Below are positions 1 through 13,100 of a DNA stretch of 64,000 nt, one piece after another. The position numbers and the translations under genes were made by a program. The stretch covers positions 30,070,001-30,134,000 of the forward strand of contig OX597822.1 of assembly GCA_951406725.2 (NCBI GenBank), read 5' to 3'. The notes under the pieces were generated by a model. That model did no database searches. It worked only from the letters and a program-made list of their open reading frames with translations, and was not told the DNA's origin. The DNA comes from Octopus vulgaris. Its lineage: Eukaryota. Positions within the stretch are counted from its first letter, which is position 1. Each line of letters begins with the position of its first letter.

Positions 1-420
1 CTTTGTGTTTAGCCCCTTGTGAGTAGTAAAGAAATAGGTATTTCGTTTGTCTTTACGTTCTGACTTCAAATTCCGGTGAGGTTGACTTTGCCTTTCATCC
101 TTTCGGGGTCGATTAAATAAGTACCAGTTATGCACTGGGGTCGATGTAATCGACTTAATCCGTTTGTGTGTCCTTGTTCGTCCCCTTTGTGTGTAGACCC
201 TTGTGGGCAGTAAATAAATAAAAATCATTAGCACGCCTGGCAAAATGATTAGAAGTATTTCGTCCGTCTATACATTCTGATTTAAAATTCCGCTGAGCTC
301 GACTTTGCCCTTCATCCTTTCGGGAGTCGATAAACTAAGAATAAGTACGAGTTGAGCACTAGGGTCGATGTAATTGACTTAGCTGGCTTCGTGTCAAACT
401 TTCAAACCAATATTTAAGCA
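1..420 (+). mobile_element. Family A SINE multimer (MetaSINE-like core)
   Basis: Repeated core gcctttcatcctttcggggtcgat..aagtaccag, shared with about 20 other loci in the window. Confidence 0.85.
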
Positions 421-500
421 CCTGATGTTGAAATATTTCACACAGTTGATACTCTTTATTTTATATGATGGGACAGGTTTATTTTATTTTTTCTGATTAG

Positions 501-716
501 CACTGCCACGGCATTCGTTAAAAGCCGAGTTTAGTAGTTTTATTAGTCTGTATGAATTAGAAAAGGTATTGACGAAGAGATTAGAAACTCACAAATCTTG
601 GGGCTTATTAACAACTGTCAGTATTTTGATGAGCATTTCGACATTGCAAACGTATTCATTCGACTCTCAGTTCTTAGCTTCTGCTTGCTACGAGGAACAA
701 CGATCAAATCATGTAG
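501..716 (+). CDS. Probable penultimate exon of upstream RasGEF-like paralog
   Basis: Acceptor ttttctgattag at 500, donor gtaagt at 717; open frame (LPRHSLKAEF...EEQRSNHV) ending in phase 1, matching the phase-1 start of the exon at 916. Confidence 0.55.
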
Positions 717-915
717 GTAAGTTTCCGGCGATGGATTGGCGTCAAATCCAGGAAAACCCTTAAATCTCATCCGCTTAAGGTTATAAATAGCTGAAACTAA
801 TCACTGCCCCTCGTAATTTATCTCAACACTTAGAAACCATTTATTTCATAAAAATAACAAATTTAATGTTTAAATAAATATATTTATATGCATTTTTCAT
901 TTTGTTTTGTTTTAG

Positions 916-1286
916 AGCATCACATTGTTCAAAATTCGAACCGCTCCGCTCTGAATCTACGGGATAAAATGAGATCAAAGATAAGGGAAATACTTCTGAA
1001 AAAGTTCAAAGGGAATTGTTCAGCTACGAGTCTTGATCAGACTTTATATAACTTCTATAAAATCAAAGGTGGGAAAAGCTGTTCCTCAGCATATTTCGAT
1101 CTCTGGAACTGCTCCCTTTGTGGTAGTGATGTTTGTATCTACGCTGATCTTCCTCAGTCTTTACTTCTATGCTTTCAGAAAGCAGCAAACTGTTACACCT
1201 TTCAAAGTCAATATAACGTCAGAATGTTTCTGAAATCCTACATTTTCACAGAAATGGAAAAATTGTTTACCGAAAGTAAAAATTAA
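916..1286 (+). CDS. Terminal exon of upstream paralog (RasGEF C-terminal segment with WNCxxCGxDxC motif)
   Basis: Acceptor gttttgttttag at 915; last 65 aa align ungapped with the product of 62247-62554 (35/65 identical, hand count); FQ..Y.F...FL...L..S pattern of RasGEF C-termini; AATAAA at 1396. Confidence 0.8.
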
Positions 1287-2124
1287 CATTCTTTCTTGAA
1301 AACGAAAAACAAAAAAAAACAAAAAAAAACAAAACAAAACAAGAAGGTAAACTAACATAACACACACACACATACATCTCATACACATACGATGAAATAA
1401 AGCAATACATATTTTAACATACTGAAGTCTAAGAGTAAAATATTCGAGTTAAAACAAGTATTGATTCTTGACCCCCTCCTCTCTGTGGTACGTATCATTG
1501 TGTTGTATTTACAGAAAGTGGCAGAATGGCTAGCCCGTTGGGCTTGCAGTATTTGTACTGGTAATTTAAGTTCCGGGTTCAATTCCCTCCACTATCAAAC
1601 TTTGTCTTTCATCCCCCACCCAGGGTCGATAAAATAAATACGAACCAGCATACGTGTTCTCTTTTTCACTGATCTTCAGCTTTATGTGAACATCCGCTGG
1701 GCAGCTAATTTCCAAAACTGTGCACAGTTTCTCTTCCCTATTCCAAATCATTATATCAGGTCTGTTGTGCTAACATTTTACTGAGGTCTTCACTGGTTCA
1801 ATACACCAGTATTCCTTTTTATTATGAGTGGTTATGATATACTCCGCCCCTCTCAAAACATGTGTTTGTGTGTGTTTGTGTGTGTGTGTGTGTGTGTACT
1901 TACGTGCTATGTTTAAAATCAATATATATATATCGGACGGAACGAAAAGCATCACAGCAGTGACTTGTGACTACTCAGTATTTTTATACATAACACGTCC
2001 ATCATCGAATATCTTCGGACGAATAATGCAGTAAATTTACTTTTTAACGATGTATTTACGTGAAATATGATACATAAATGGATATTTTAAGCTAATCCTG
2101 CTTCTATTGCTTACTGCATATAAC

Positions 2125-2800
2125 TGACGCCGTCGGTTATGACGACGAGCGTCGCTGTTGATCAGGTCAACGGAATCCCCCGCTAGTGAAACTAACGTGC
2201 AAGTGACCGAGCAATCCGCAAGTACGACTACCCTTAACGTAGTTCTTAGGCAGATTCATTGTGACACAGAATATGACAAGGCTAGGGAGGCGCAATGTCC
2301 CAGTGGTTAGGGCAGCGGACTCGCGGTCGTAGGATCGCGGTTTCGATTCCCAGACCGGGCGTTGTGAGTGTTTATTGAGCGAAAACACCTAAAGCTCCAC
2401 GAGGCTCCGGCAGGGGATGGTGGTGATCCCTGCTGTACTCTTTCACCACAACTTTCTCTCACTCTTACTTCCTGTTTCTGTTGTACCTGTATTTCAAAGG
2501 GCCGGCCTTGTCACTCTCTGTGTCACGCTGAATATCCCCGAGAACTACGTTAAGGGTGCACGTGTCTGTGGAGTGCTCAGCCACATACACGTTAATTTCA
2601 CGAACAGGCTGTTCCGTTGATCGGATCAACCGGAACCCTCGTCGTCGTAACCGACGGAGTGCTTCCAGCATGACAAGGCTAGCTACTTTTGGATTACGGG
2701 TACAACTCATTTTTGCCTGCTGAGTAAACTGGAACAACGTGACATCAAGTGTCATGTTGAAGGATACCAGCAAACAGACAACCGTACGATCGTGAGCGCC
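2125..2800. mobile_element. Family B tRNA-derived SINE (+, ~2287-2668) nested in an older related SINE (-)
   Basis: tRNA-like head ggcgcaatg.cccagtggttagg..gtttcgattcc; 13-bp TSD atgacaaggctag on both sides. Confidence 0.85.
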
Positions 2801-2821
2801 TGCACATACAACATATAACGG

Positions 2822-3315
2822 ACATACATACATACATACATACATACATACATACATACATACATACATACATACATAAATACATACATACATACATAAA
2901 TACATACATACATACATAAATACATACATACATACATGCATGCATGCATACATAAATACATACATACATACATAAATACATGCATACATACATACATACA
3001 TACATACATACATACATACATACATACATACATAAATACATACATACATACATACATACATACATACATACATACATAAATACATACATACATACATACA
3101 TACATACATACATACATACATACATACATACATACATACATACATACATACATACATACATACACGAAGACAGGTGTATGAACAGCAAACAGGTGTGTGA
3201 ACAACAAGCAGGTGTATGAACAACAAACGGGTGTATTAGTTTGTCGCTCGGAATAATAATAATAATAATAACAATAATAATAATAATAATAATAATAATG
3301 ATAATAATAATAAAC
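2822..3315. repeat. (TACA)n with TAAA/TGCA variants, a ~19-bp minisatellite (caggtgtatgaacaacaa) and (AAT)n
   Basis: Directly visible. Confidence 0.95.
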
Positions 3316-3392
3316 CAATAATAATAAAACCCAAGCAAAATAACAGCGGACGGGTAATCATAAATACTATAAAAAAGTTGATTTAAGAGTTA

Positions 3393-3423
<31 letters not shown>

Positions 3424-3689
3424 CTATGCAACGCCCTACAAAATCATACAAGAATAAGCTAATACTGTAAATACCCAACAAAATGAACAAAACCCACGAC
3501 ATATGCCATAGAAGGCCGATACCCGACAGAAGAACACAGCCTGCGCTACATAAAAACACACAAGATAAAAACTCAAACAACTGAAGACTCAAACAAAACC
3601 CCATAACAAAAGGTACTGATACAATACAATATACCCCACCGCCAAAAAAATGCAGTACCCCACCAGCACAAAGGTACAACAAATGATGC

Positions 3690-5000
3690 AATAGAATGTT
3701 GCTTGAAACTTTGAGCTGTCGAGAAATAATAGTGGTTTATGAGAGACAGGAGTTTCCGAAAAACTGGTTGTAACAGCGAAAATGAAGCTGGACCTTTAAG
3801 AGAAGGCATCACGCTCGATAAGGAGGAGGAAGTCGACCAGCGAAGAAAACAGGATAGTGATACAGTGCTACTTAGAAAGTGAAGCTAAAAGAAGGGGCTA
3901 TAGAAAACGGATGTTAACACTTTGGGTAGAGAAGGGTATGTTTGAAGTGACTGAGCAGTGGATAAGTAAATGTTTGAGTCTGTTAAGCATAGCATGAAGA
4001 AAAGGAAATTAGATCTCTACTCAGGTGACACACTTTTAAGGAATGTTAATATCAAAAAACGAATTTTCCAAGGGGACTAGTTGTCTCTTTAATATTTGTT
4101 CTATGTTTGATCCCCCGCCTCCGATTAGTATTAAAGAAGGTAAAGCAGGTTATCAGTTCAGAAAAAGTAAGGGAAAAATTAATCATTTGCTCTACGTGGA
4201 TGATCTGAAGCTTTTTAGTAAGAATACAGACTGTAAGTCTATTCAGCAATGATATAGGCGTAGATAAGTGTGCAATATTAGTCATGAGAAGGGGACAGGT
4301 ATTCAACAGCGAAGGCATCCAATTACCAGATGGCAAGACATTAAAATTATTGAAAGAAGGAGAGAGTTATAAGAATCTAAGAGTATTAGAATCTGGCAGA
4401 GTACTAACAATAGAAATGAAAACGAAAATTGAGAAGGAATACATCGGAAGGTGAGGAAGCTAATGAAATCAAAACTAAACGGTCCGAATCTAGTAAAGGC
4501 TGTAAATACTTGGGCAGTCTCATTACTTAGATACTCTGCAGCTTTTGTAGATTGGACAAAACTGCATTAGTACAGCTGCACAGAATAACTAGGTAGGAAT
4601 TCAATATGAATGGAGGACTACACCCAAGGACAGGAGCAGCAAGATTATACCTACCTAGAAAGGAAGGTGGGAGAGGATTAATATCAGTGGAAGACTGCAT
4701 GGAGTTAGCTAGAGTAGATAGAGACTCCTATGTAGGTAACAGTGAAGAAAGTTTATTAAAAGCTGCTAGAGGCACAGCAAGACATAGGGAAACCAAATCA
4801 AACGAACTTAAAACCAGAAAAAAGAACAGAAATTATCTGCCTGGTAGGAGGTGTTGCATGGTAGATTCCAAAAGATAGTTTCAGCAAATAGGAGTAGTGA
4901 GACATGGTTATGGTTGCAGAAGGGAAAGCTGAAGAGGGAGACAGAAAGTTTGTTAGTAGCTGCACAGGATCAAGTATTAAGGACTAATTTGATAAAAGTC

Positions 5001-5044
<44 letters not shown>

Positions 5045-5052
5045 TAATAATA
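3690..5052 (+). mobile_element. Degenerate R4/Dong-like non-LTR retrotransposon, internally deleted
   Basis: Fragments RGYRKRM..LW, INHLLYVDDLKLF (RT), LHPR..RLYLPRKEGGRGL and ETESLLVAAQDQVLRTN; frameshifts; ends in (AAT)n. Confidence 0.8.
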
Positions 5053-5064
5053 ATCCTTTTTACT

Positions 5065-5260
5065 ATAGGCACAATGCCTGAAATTTGGTGAGAGGGGGAA
5101 GTCGATTAGATCGACCCTGTATGCAGCTAGTACTTAATTTATCAACCCTGAAAGGATGAAAGGCAAAGTCGACTCCGGGGAAATTTGAACTCAGAACGTA
5201 AAGACAGGCGAAATACCGCTAAGCATTTCGCTCGGTGTGCTAACGATTCTGCCAGCTCAC
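5065..5260 (-). mobile_element. Family A SINE
   Basis: Reverse complement of family A core and head. Confidence 0.8.
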
Positions 5261-5279
5261 TACTACTACTACTACTACT

Positions 5280-5313
<34 letters not shown>

Positions 5314-5855
5314 TTTATTCGTAGCTTCTTAGTGTTGTGGTTTCTCGTTTCCCTTTGGTCCCTATAACATTTTCTGCTTTTTAAGGATCACCTTCTACTT
5401 CTACTACCAAATACACGCATAACTGCTCACATTCCCCAATAAACTTGGTCATTGGTTAAAATTGATGAACAACCCTTCAGTTGTACATTCGCTGCACCCA
5501 GCGTGAATGCCATATCGCAGGAGATAAATACATGAATATGATCCACCCGATATCCATTGATACTACGGCCTGTACTGTAATCATTCCAGGAATACGGACT
5601 ATGATCGTAAGAAACATCCAGTTTGTGGAAACGCGCATAGTGGTGCATTAAAATATTTATAAATTCCATCCATGGAATTTTATCATTATTATTACTATAT
5701 TTATCCTACATTATATCGGCGCAGCTCAATGCAACCCCATAAGACTGCTATTGCTAGTTGGTATCATTAGGCTGTAGCCGGCAATATAAAATAGGAAATT
5801 TATATACATACTCAAAAGCGTTTCCCGTAAATGAACATAAAGGATATATATATAT

Positions 5856-5942
<87 letters not shown>

Positions 5943-6020
5943 CTGATAGTCTTTTATGCTCGTTAACTCCTTGATCGTTGGTGCAAGGACAACAAAACTC
6001 AAACCAGCAACTCCTCTAAT

Positions 6021-6253
6021 CCCAGGGAATGTCCTAAGGGGGTCTATGTTTTTAAGGCCCGCCTAATTGGGGCTCCACTGACTCCCCTATTTTTACTGCA
6101 TTTTAAACTAAATACATAGTATTGACAACCAAGTCGGAGCAATGACAATGAATTTCATATCCACGAAGACCCAGGGAGTTTCGTAAGGCGGTTCAGTTTC
6201 TGAAGGGCCGCTTAAATGGGGCCTCACTAACCCCACCTATTTTTACTGCATTT
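6021..6253. repeat. Diverged ~83-bp direct repeat (6021-6103 and 6170-6253)
   Basis: cccaggga...ggggc..cact.ac.cc.cctatttttactgcattt occurs twice. Confidence 0.7.
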
Positions 6254-6496
6254 ACCTCGCTCCTACACTTATTGATTAAATTATGATCAGCATCAGTGCT
6301 TGGCACATTTTTAGAAATAAGTTTCATCACAAAACGGTAGACGGCCGCGATAAAACGCAAGATTGTAGCGCAACTAGACGTAATATAATATGCACCGTTG
6401 AGATCCCTTTCATCTTTCATCTCTGCTATCTTTTCATATTTCTATATTTCTTTATTATCGCCTTATGATTTGTAGTTATATTATAGTAAACTATTA

Positions 6497-7750
6497 AAGG
6501 TGGCAAGCTGGAAGAATCGCTAGCACGCTGATATTTTTTCCGTCTTTATGTTCTGAGTTCAAATTCCACCGAGGTCGACTTTGCCTTTCACCCTTTGAGA
6601 TCGATAAAGCTAAGTACCAGTAGAACACTGGGTTGATGTAATTGACTAGCCACTCTTCACAATTTTCGGGCTTTGGGCCTTTAGTAGAAAGAAGAAACGT
6701 ATACTGAAATGTTGAATATTGTTTTCTAAAACATATTATTTTCGTTTTAAGAAAACATTATAGATCTCTTTTGGTCATATTCAAGTGATTTGTAGAAGGA
6801 AGTAATTGCATACCGCGACAATTGTACCTTTTATGGCTGAGACTTATGAATGATAGAATTATTGCAAAAGAAAATATAAACTGGATTGTTGACTCTGATT
6901 ATACGAGATACGTTTGATAAAAAAAATATCAGTTTCTTATACAGACAAATAAGAGATTAACAGGAAAAGATATAGAATATTTATAATACATCTATGCCTT
7001 CTCAAGTTTCTTAACGAGGAATGTATTGTGAGTAAGATTGGTACACATGACTAGACTAGGTTGAAGTCACGGTTTACTGATATCTTAGTTCGATCTTTTG
7101 GGATTCAAAGAAATGAGAATTATTACCAGTAGAAGGCGACGAGCTGGCAGAATCCTTAGTATGTCGGACAAAATGCTGAGCAGTATTTCATCTGTCTTTA
7201 TGTCCTGAGTTCCAATTCAACTGAGGTCGTCTTTGCCTTTCATCCTTTCGGGGTCAATAAAGTAAGTACCAGTTGAGCACTAGGGTCGATGTAATCGGCT
7301 TATCTCCTTCACCGAAATTTCTGGCCTTGTGCCAAAATTTGAAACTGCTATTTAAGAGATTTATCAAGGTGGTGAGCAAGCAGAATCGTTAGCGCGCCAA
7401 TCAAATGCTGAGCGGCATTTCGTCCGTCTTTATGCTCTGGGTTCAAATTCTGCCGTGGTGGTCTTTGCATTTCATTCTTTTGAGGTCGATAAAATAAGTA
7501 TCAGTTGAACACTGGAATCGGTGTAGTCGATTATCCCACTTCTCCCAAAATTTCGGACCTTGCGCTTATAATACAAATAATTATTTTTGATTTATTTTCG
7601 AGTTCACGCACGCACAATATAAGTTCTGAAGAGGTAGACTTTGCCTTTCATCTTTTAGGAGTCGATAACTTAAGTAACAGTTGAACCCTGAGGTCGATGT
7701 AATCGACTTATACCTCTTCCGAACTTGCAGGTGCTAAAATTGGAAACCAA
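6497..7750 (+). mobile_element. Cluster of four old family A SINEs (~6497-6695, 7133-7345, 7367-7580, 7600-7750)
   Basis: Head ggcg.gagctggcagaatcg and family core repeated. Confidence 0.8.
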
Positions 7751-7875
7751 CATGAGAAGGTGAAATAGAGATAGTTAACCATGTATCATTCATGCTGTGT
7801 CTGAGTTGATTATATTTTTATTCGTGAATTTTGTGCCCGCACACTAGATCTGCATAATGTATTGGACTATAGAGG

Positions 7876-8243
7876 AGGCACAATGGCGCACTGGTTAGGG
7901 AAGAGGACTCGCGGTCATAGGATCGCGGTTTCGATTCCCAGACCGGGCGTTGTGAGTGTTTATTAGCGAAAACACCTAAAGCTCCACGAGGCTCCGGCAG
8001 GGTGTGGTTGCGAGCCGCGATGTACTCTTTCACCATAACTATCACTCTTCCTGTTTCTGTTGTACCTGTATTTCAAAGGGCCAGACTTATCACACTCTGT
8101 GTCACCCTGAATCTCCCCGGGAGCTACGTTAAGGGTACACGTGTCTGTGGACTGCTCAACCACTTGCACGTTAATTTCACGAGCAGGCTGTTCCGTTGAT
8201 CAGATCAACTGGAACCCTCGTCGTCGTAACCGACGGAGTGCCA
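7876..8243 (+). mobile_element. Family B SINE
   Basis: Closely similar to 2287-2668. Confidence 0.85.
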
Positions 8244-8738
8244 CGTTATCGGATTAGAAGGAGGTTATATATGTCAAAGAAGGCTAAAACTGAAGCGATT
8301 ACTTTTATTTCTGTTATTTTCCTGTTCAAATATAATATTCTATCTGTCCCATAGACTGCAGTTGTAACAGTCACAGAAAGTGAATAAGTTCACAAGTTGT
8401 ATCATATATTCTCCCATGATAGAACGAAATTTATTTAGACATATTTATCTTTATTCCTTGAAGTCAAGGCTACGAGGTGTCAATGAACAAACATAAAGGT
8501 TTTTATATCATATTATTCTGTGTAACTGCATGTTAAAGTGTCTAACAACAGGAATTAAACGCTACATATGACTGATTAGCTTTTGACACTTTTATTGCCT
8601 TTGTAAAAAAAAACGTTTTACTTTTGATTATATATATGAAAAAAAACCGTGCGAGAATTACAAATATCATGAATAGAATTTTACATATCTGTCTGTCGTC
8701 TATCTCTCTCATACTTTCTCTCTATATACACACATACA

Positions 8739-10011
8739 CAGACATGCAGGGAGTAAATAGACACCCTTAATCTTCAAAAATCTTTTATTTAATACGCAAA
8801 GTGAACAAATGTAATCGGTAGGTAGAACTACATAATTTAGTATTTAGTTAATATTCCCTTTGCAGTTTTTTAATTCAGAAACTCTTTTTGCCATTGAACT
8901 GATGAGCTTTGTGATTGTCTCTTGTGGAATTTCTGCCCACTTTTCACGCAACAATCGAAACAATTCATCTTTAGATTTAGGTTTCGGTCGAGTTTTTCGT
9001 ATAGCTCTATCTATCGTATGCTCCAAAGATTTTCAATTGGGATCATGTCAGGAGATTGGCTCGGCAAAGGAAGCTTTTTGATCCCATTTTCACTCATCCA
9101 TTGTTGATTCCTTTTCGCTGCGTGTCATGGAGCCCTATCTTCCATGAATAGAAACTTATTTTTCGTTATGTTATCGTGTGAATACATTGGAAGTAGTCCT
9201 TCCTCAAGTATTTCGATGTATTTCTCAGAGTTTATGGTTCCAACACATTCGATCAGCTCAGAACGACCATTGCTGGTGACAGCTCCCCATACCATTACAG
9301 AGATACCGCCATGTTTCACAGTTGGTTGGAGTCGTTTCAAATCAAATTCTTGATTGGGAAGCCTCCAGACCCAAACACGTCCACTGTCTAAAAATAATGC
9401 AAATCTGGATTCATCTGAGAAAAATCACTCTATCCCAAAATGAACTGGATTTTTCTGACATCTCCTTAGCCTATTTCGTTCTTTCCATAATATTAATTGG
9501 TTGAAGGAGAGGTTTTCTTCTAGCTGCTCGCCCATAATACCCAAGATTATGCAGATATGTAACACACGTTCTTGGGCGAACTTCTAGCTGTTTTGCAATG
9601 TCAGAAGCCTTCGAACGGGGTTCGTTTACCACAATTCTCTTCAAACAGTGAAGCGTCCTTTCCGAAAGCCCAGGTCGGCGGGGACGAGGATTTGTTGATT
9701 CTTTTCCTTCGCTTTTGAATTGCACTATAATTCTATTAAGAGTAGCAAGAGGAATTTGAGGATTTTCGGCAATTTTTCGCTGGCTAAAACCAGCCTCAGA
9801 TTGCTCAACAATATGACCTCTTTGAAAATCTGACAGTTCTGCTGAATTTTTTTGGTTGGCATGGTTAGTCTTCGCAGATGTTTAATGTAATGGCATCTGC
9901 AATGAAAAAGAGTAATTACATTGTAAATTCTACACCGCTCAAAAACATATTAAGACGCTTAAATCAGAAATTTTGAAAATTAAAGGTGTCTATTTACTTC
10001 CTGCATGATTG
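8739..10011 (-). mobile_element. Near full-length Tc1-like DNA transposon with disrupted transposase
   Basis: ~40-bp TIRs (catgcagg.agtaaatagacacc.ttaat.ttcaaaa), TA at right end; ARRKPLL, PTVKHGG.SVMVWG and EDRAP motifs spread over several frames. Confidence 0.9.
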
Positions 10012-10255
10012 TACATATATATATATATATATATATATGAGAAACACACCAATGTATGTATGTGTATGTGTGTGTGTGTTTGTATGTGTGTGCGCGCGCG
10101 CGCGCGCGTGCGTGCGTGTACGTGTGCGTGTGCGTGTGCGTGTGCGTGTGTGCGTGCGTGTGCGTGCGCGTGCGCGTGCGTGTGCGTGCGCGTGCGTGTG
10201 CGTGTGCGTGTGTGTGTGTGTGTGTGCGCGCGTGTCTGCGCGCGCGCTTGCGTGA
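10012..10255. repeat. Alternating purine-pyrimidine tract: (TA)n, (TG)n, (CG)n, (CGTG)n
   Basis: Directly visible. Confidence 0.95.
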
Positions 10256-10289
10256 ACTCGAAAAGAAATCAAAAATAATTATTTGTATT

Positions 10290-10775
10290 ATAAGCACAAG
10301 GTCCGAAATTTTAGGGGCAGGGGGATAGTCGATTACATCCCTCCCAGTGTTCGACTGATACTTATTTCATCGACCGCGAAAGAATGAAAGGCAAAAACCA
10401 CCTCGGCAGAGTGTTATGCTCTTCGTCAGAAAAGACTGAAAAGAAAAAAGGGAGAGTAAAAAAACGTGTAAGGAATAACTATTCAGTATGATCAAATGGC
10501 CCTGTATATATATACGCACAGTTGTACAGAACCGCCACTTCCTTATCTTTAGTATTATTCTTGACGAGCTGGTAGAATCTTTAGCACGCAGGGCGAATTG
10601 CTTAGCGGTATTTCGCCTGTCTTTACGTTCTGAGTTCAAATTCCGCCGAAGTCGACTTTGCCTTCCATCCTTTCGGGGTCGATAAATTAAGTACCAGTTG
10701 CATACTGGGGTCGATCTAATCGACTGCCCCCCTCCCCCAAAATTTCGGGCCTTGTGCCTAGAGTAGAAAAGATTA
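10290..10775. mobile_element. Family A SINEs: partial (-) 10290-10410 and full (+) 10560-10775
   Basis: Family core motif in both orientations. Confidence 0.8.
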
Positions 10776-12252
10776 TTCTTATCATTACCATTTCCACTTG
10801 AGATCATACTCTGTTTAAATTCAACACACACGTCTAAGTCATTCTAGTCATTCTTTAGCCTCTTAACAGCTTATTCCAAATGCAGATCTCATTTATGATA
10901 AGTATTAACACACATTCATCATAAACAGCTTTGATCTCCTTCTTACTTCGAAACTCAGCATTTTCCACTCTATTAGGGTATCCATTCCTTTTGTCCGACC
11001 ACTGTTTAATTTACGAGTACCAACCACATATTCATATATTACACATCATGACCACCATTTTCCGATACCTATGCCATTTCAAGTTATGTCTGTAGTCGAA
11101 TCGCCACGGGTTCTACATTAACTCTTAATGATAGCACTTGTAACTTTAATCTATCTAAGGTCGTTAAGAAATTGATTGGAACTACTCTTTCAAGCATACT
11201 CCTTTCGATTCTTTAATAACCACACCTGCACAAAACTCTCCAAGCACTCCCCACGTAGCTAACCCTTTATAAAATTATCTCTTGATAAAATCTCTTAATA
11301 AAATCTTACCCCTTAATAAAATCTTTTAATAAGATCTCCCCACTTTATAAAATCTCTTGGTAAAATCTCACCCTTAATAAAATCTCCGACCCTCACTGTA
11401 TTAACTCTGACGTATGCAGAATTTTCGGCTTGTCTCCTTTAATCCATTACCATATATGTTGAGGACATACTTGCTGTCTCCTCTAACAATGTTCTCTCTT
11501 ATATAAATGACATCCCTCTTTACACCCATCTAATATATTATCAAATATATTAGCAAAGAATAAAAACACCCTTAATGAGAGGACGGAGAAAAAGAATGTG
11601 AAAAGGAAAGGGAAAGAGGGAAAGAAAGAGGAAACGGAGAGTCAAAATAAGAGAAAGGTCATTCAAAGTATGTAAAGGTAAATATATAACAGAGGGCGGG
11701 GAAAGAACGGGAGAAAGTTTAAAAAAGAAGAGATAGTAAGAAATACTTCATTCCTTATTTTTAGCCTATCGTAAATGATACGATTAAGATTTCAAGCTAT
11801 AAAGATTATATTTATAGGGAGGAGGAGTGGAAGTGGAGATTAAATGAATGTATTAGATACTGAGGCCATAAAATTGATTTAAAACAGTGTAAGATATTGA
11901 GGTTGTAAATGAGAGACAGAAAGGAAGAGAACGAAGCAGAAGGAATGCGTATTTTTGAGGAGGAAATGGGAATAGAAAAATATATATTTAAAGGGGTGGG
12001 ACACTGGAGAAGGAGTTCATTCTACAATTGGTTAGCATTAAGTTAAAGGTTAGGAAAAGAGAAGACGGGTAGAAGTTAAGGCATTGAAAGAGATAGGGTG
12101 GGGTATAAAAATACTGTAAATGGAGAGAGAAAAGCGAAACGAAAAAAAAAAATGAAACAGAAAGCGTAGGGAATAGATGAGTGAAAGAAAAATTATGAGC
12201 AAGGAAAAAGGAAATTCCAGTAAAAGAAACCAAAATTATAAATTAAACAATG

Positions 12253-12465
12253 CGAGGAGATGCTGAAAAGTTTTGGGCTTTGGGTAAAAGAAAATACAGG
12301 AGAATCAGTTAATTATGATTTTATTCAATATTCCCCTCTCAGATTCTCAGACTTATTGCACTGGTCCTTCAGTTTTTCTAAGTCCTATAATAGAGGTCAA
12401 AGATTGGGCCTCCAACAAAGCCTTTCGCGATACGATTAAAGCCAGGAACTACTCAGCCCACCTCG
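12253..12465. mobile_element. Mariner-derived MITE
   Basis: Degenerate TIRs cgagg.g.tgctgaaaagtt.tggctt / aagccaggaact..tcagcc.acctcg followed by TA. Confidence 0.65.
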
Positions 12466-13100
12466 TATAGTTTAAGTTAAGAGAAAGAAATCAAATTCTG
12501 TAAAGTGAGGTGAAATATTTCTACAAAAATGTCATTGGGACATAATACATAAGACTTAATTAAATGCACAACAGTTTACAAAAACTTTGCAATAATATTT
12601 AGTTACTAGAGATCTTTACACAGTAAATTCGAGAAAGGGTAAATATATAACTTTAAAAGGTTTCCAAAAAGGAAAAGAGAATTTCAAAGAAATTAACAAA
12701 ATAACGAATAATTTCATAGAAGTTACATTCATAAGTTGCAGATAAAGTTTCTTATTTTGGTGATGACGTTTCCATGCCAACTCATTCCCTTTATTCACAA
12801 AGTTGGCAGGCAACGTCAAATGAATTTCTCACGAGTTAATAAGCAGCATTAATAAGTAAGCACTGTCGAGGTTCTCCGGAATATGGTGTGGCAAATTCTG
12901 ACTCTGAATATAGTGTTTTAAAATTTGTAACACCTTCATCATTTATTTACCAAACGTATTTCGAGAAGGTTGTGATGGCTCTTCTTCCTGGCTGTCTAAA
13001 AGAATATGCGCTGTGTATATCTCCTCAGGCATAAAAGAAGTACATTCATCCTGATTTTACTTAAAATTCTTTTCTACTAAGGCGGCGAGCTGGCAGAAAC

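Noticed and set aside
2287-2360. tRNA-like sequences at SINE heads
   Set aside because: They continue into SINE bodies with TSDs and lack complete cloverleaves, so they are not tRNA genes.
2465-3338. Long ORFs of YVCM/HTYI repeats (similar ones near 10 kb, 38 kb, 45 kb and 59 kb)
   Set aside because: They are translations of stop-free microsatellites.
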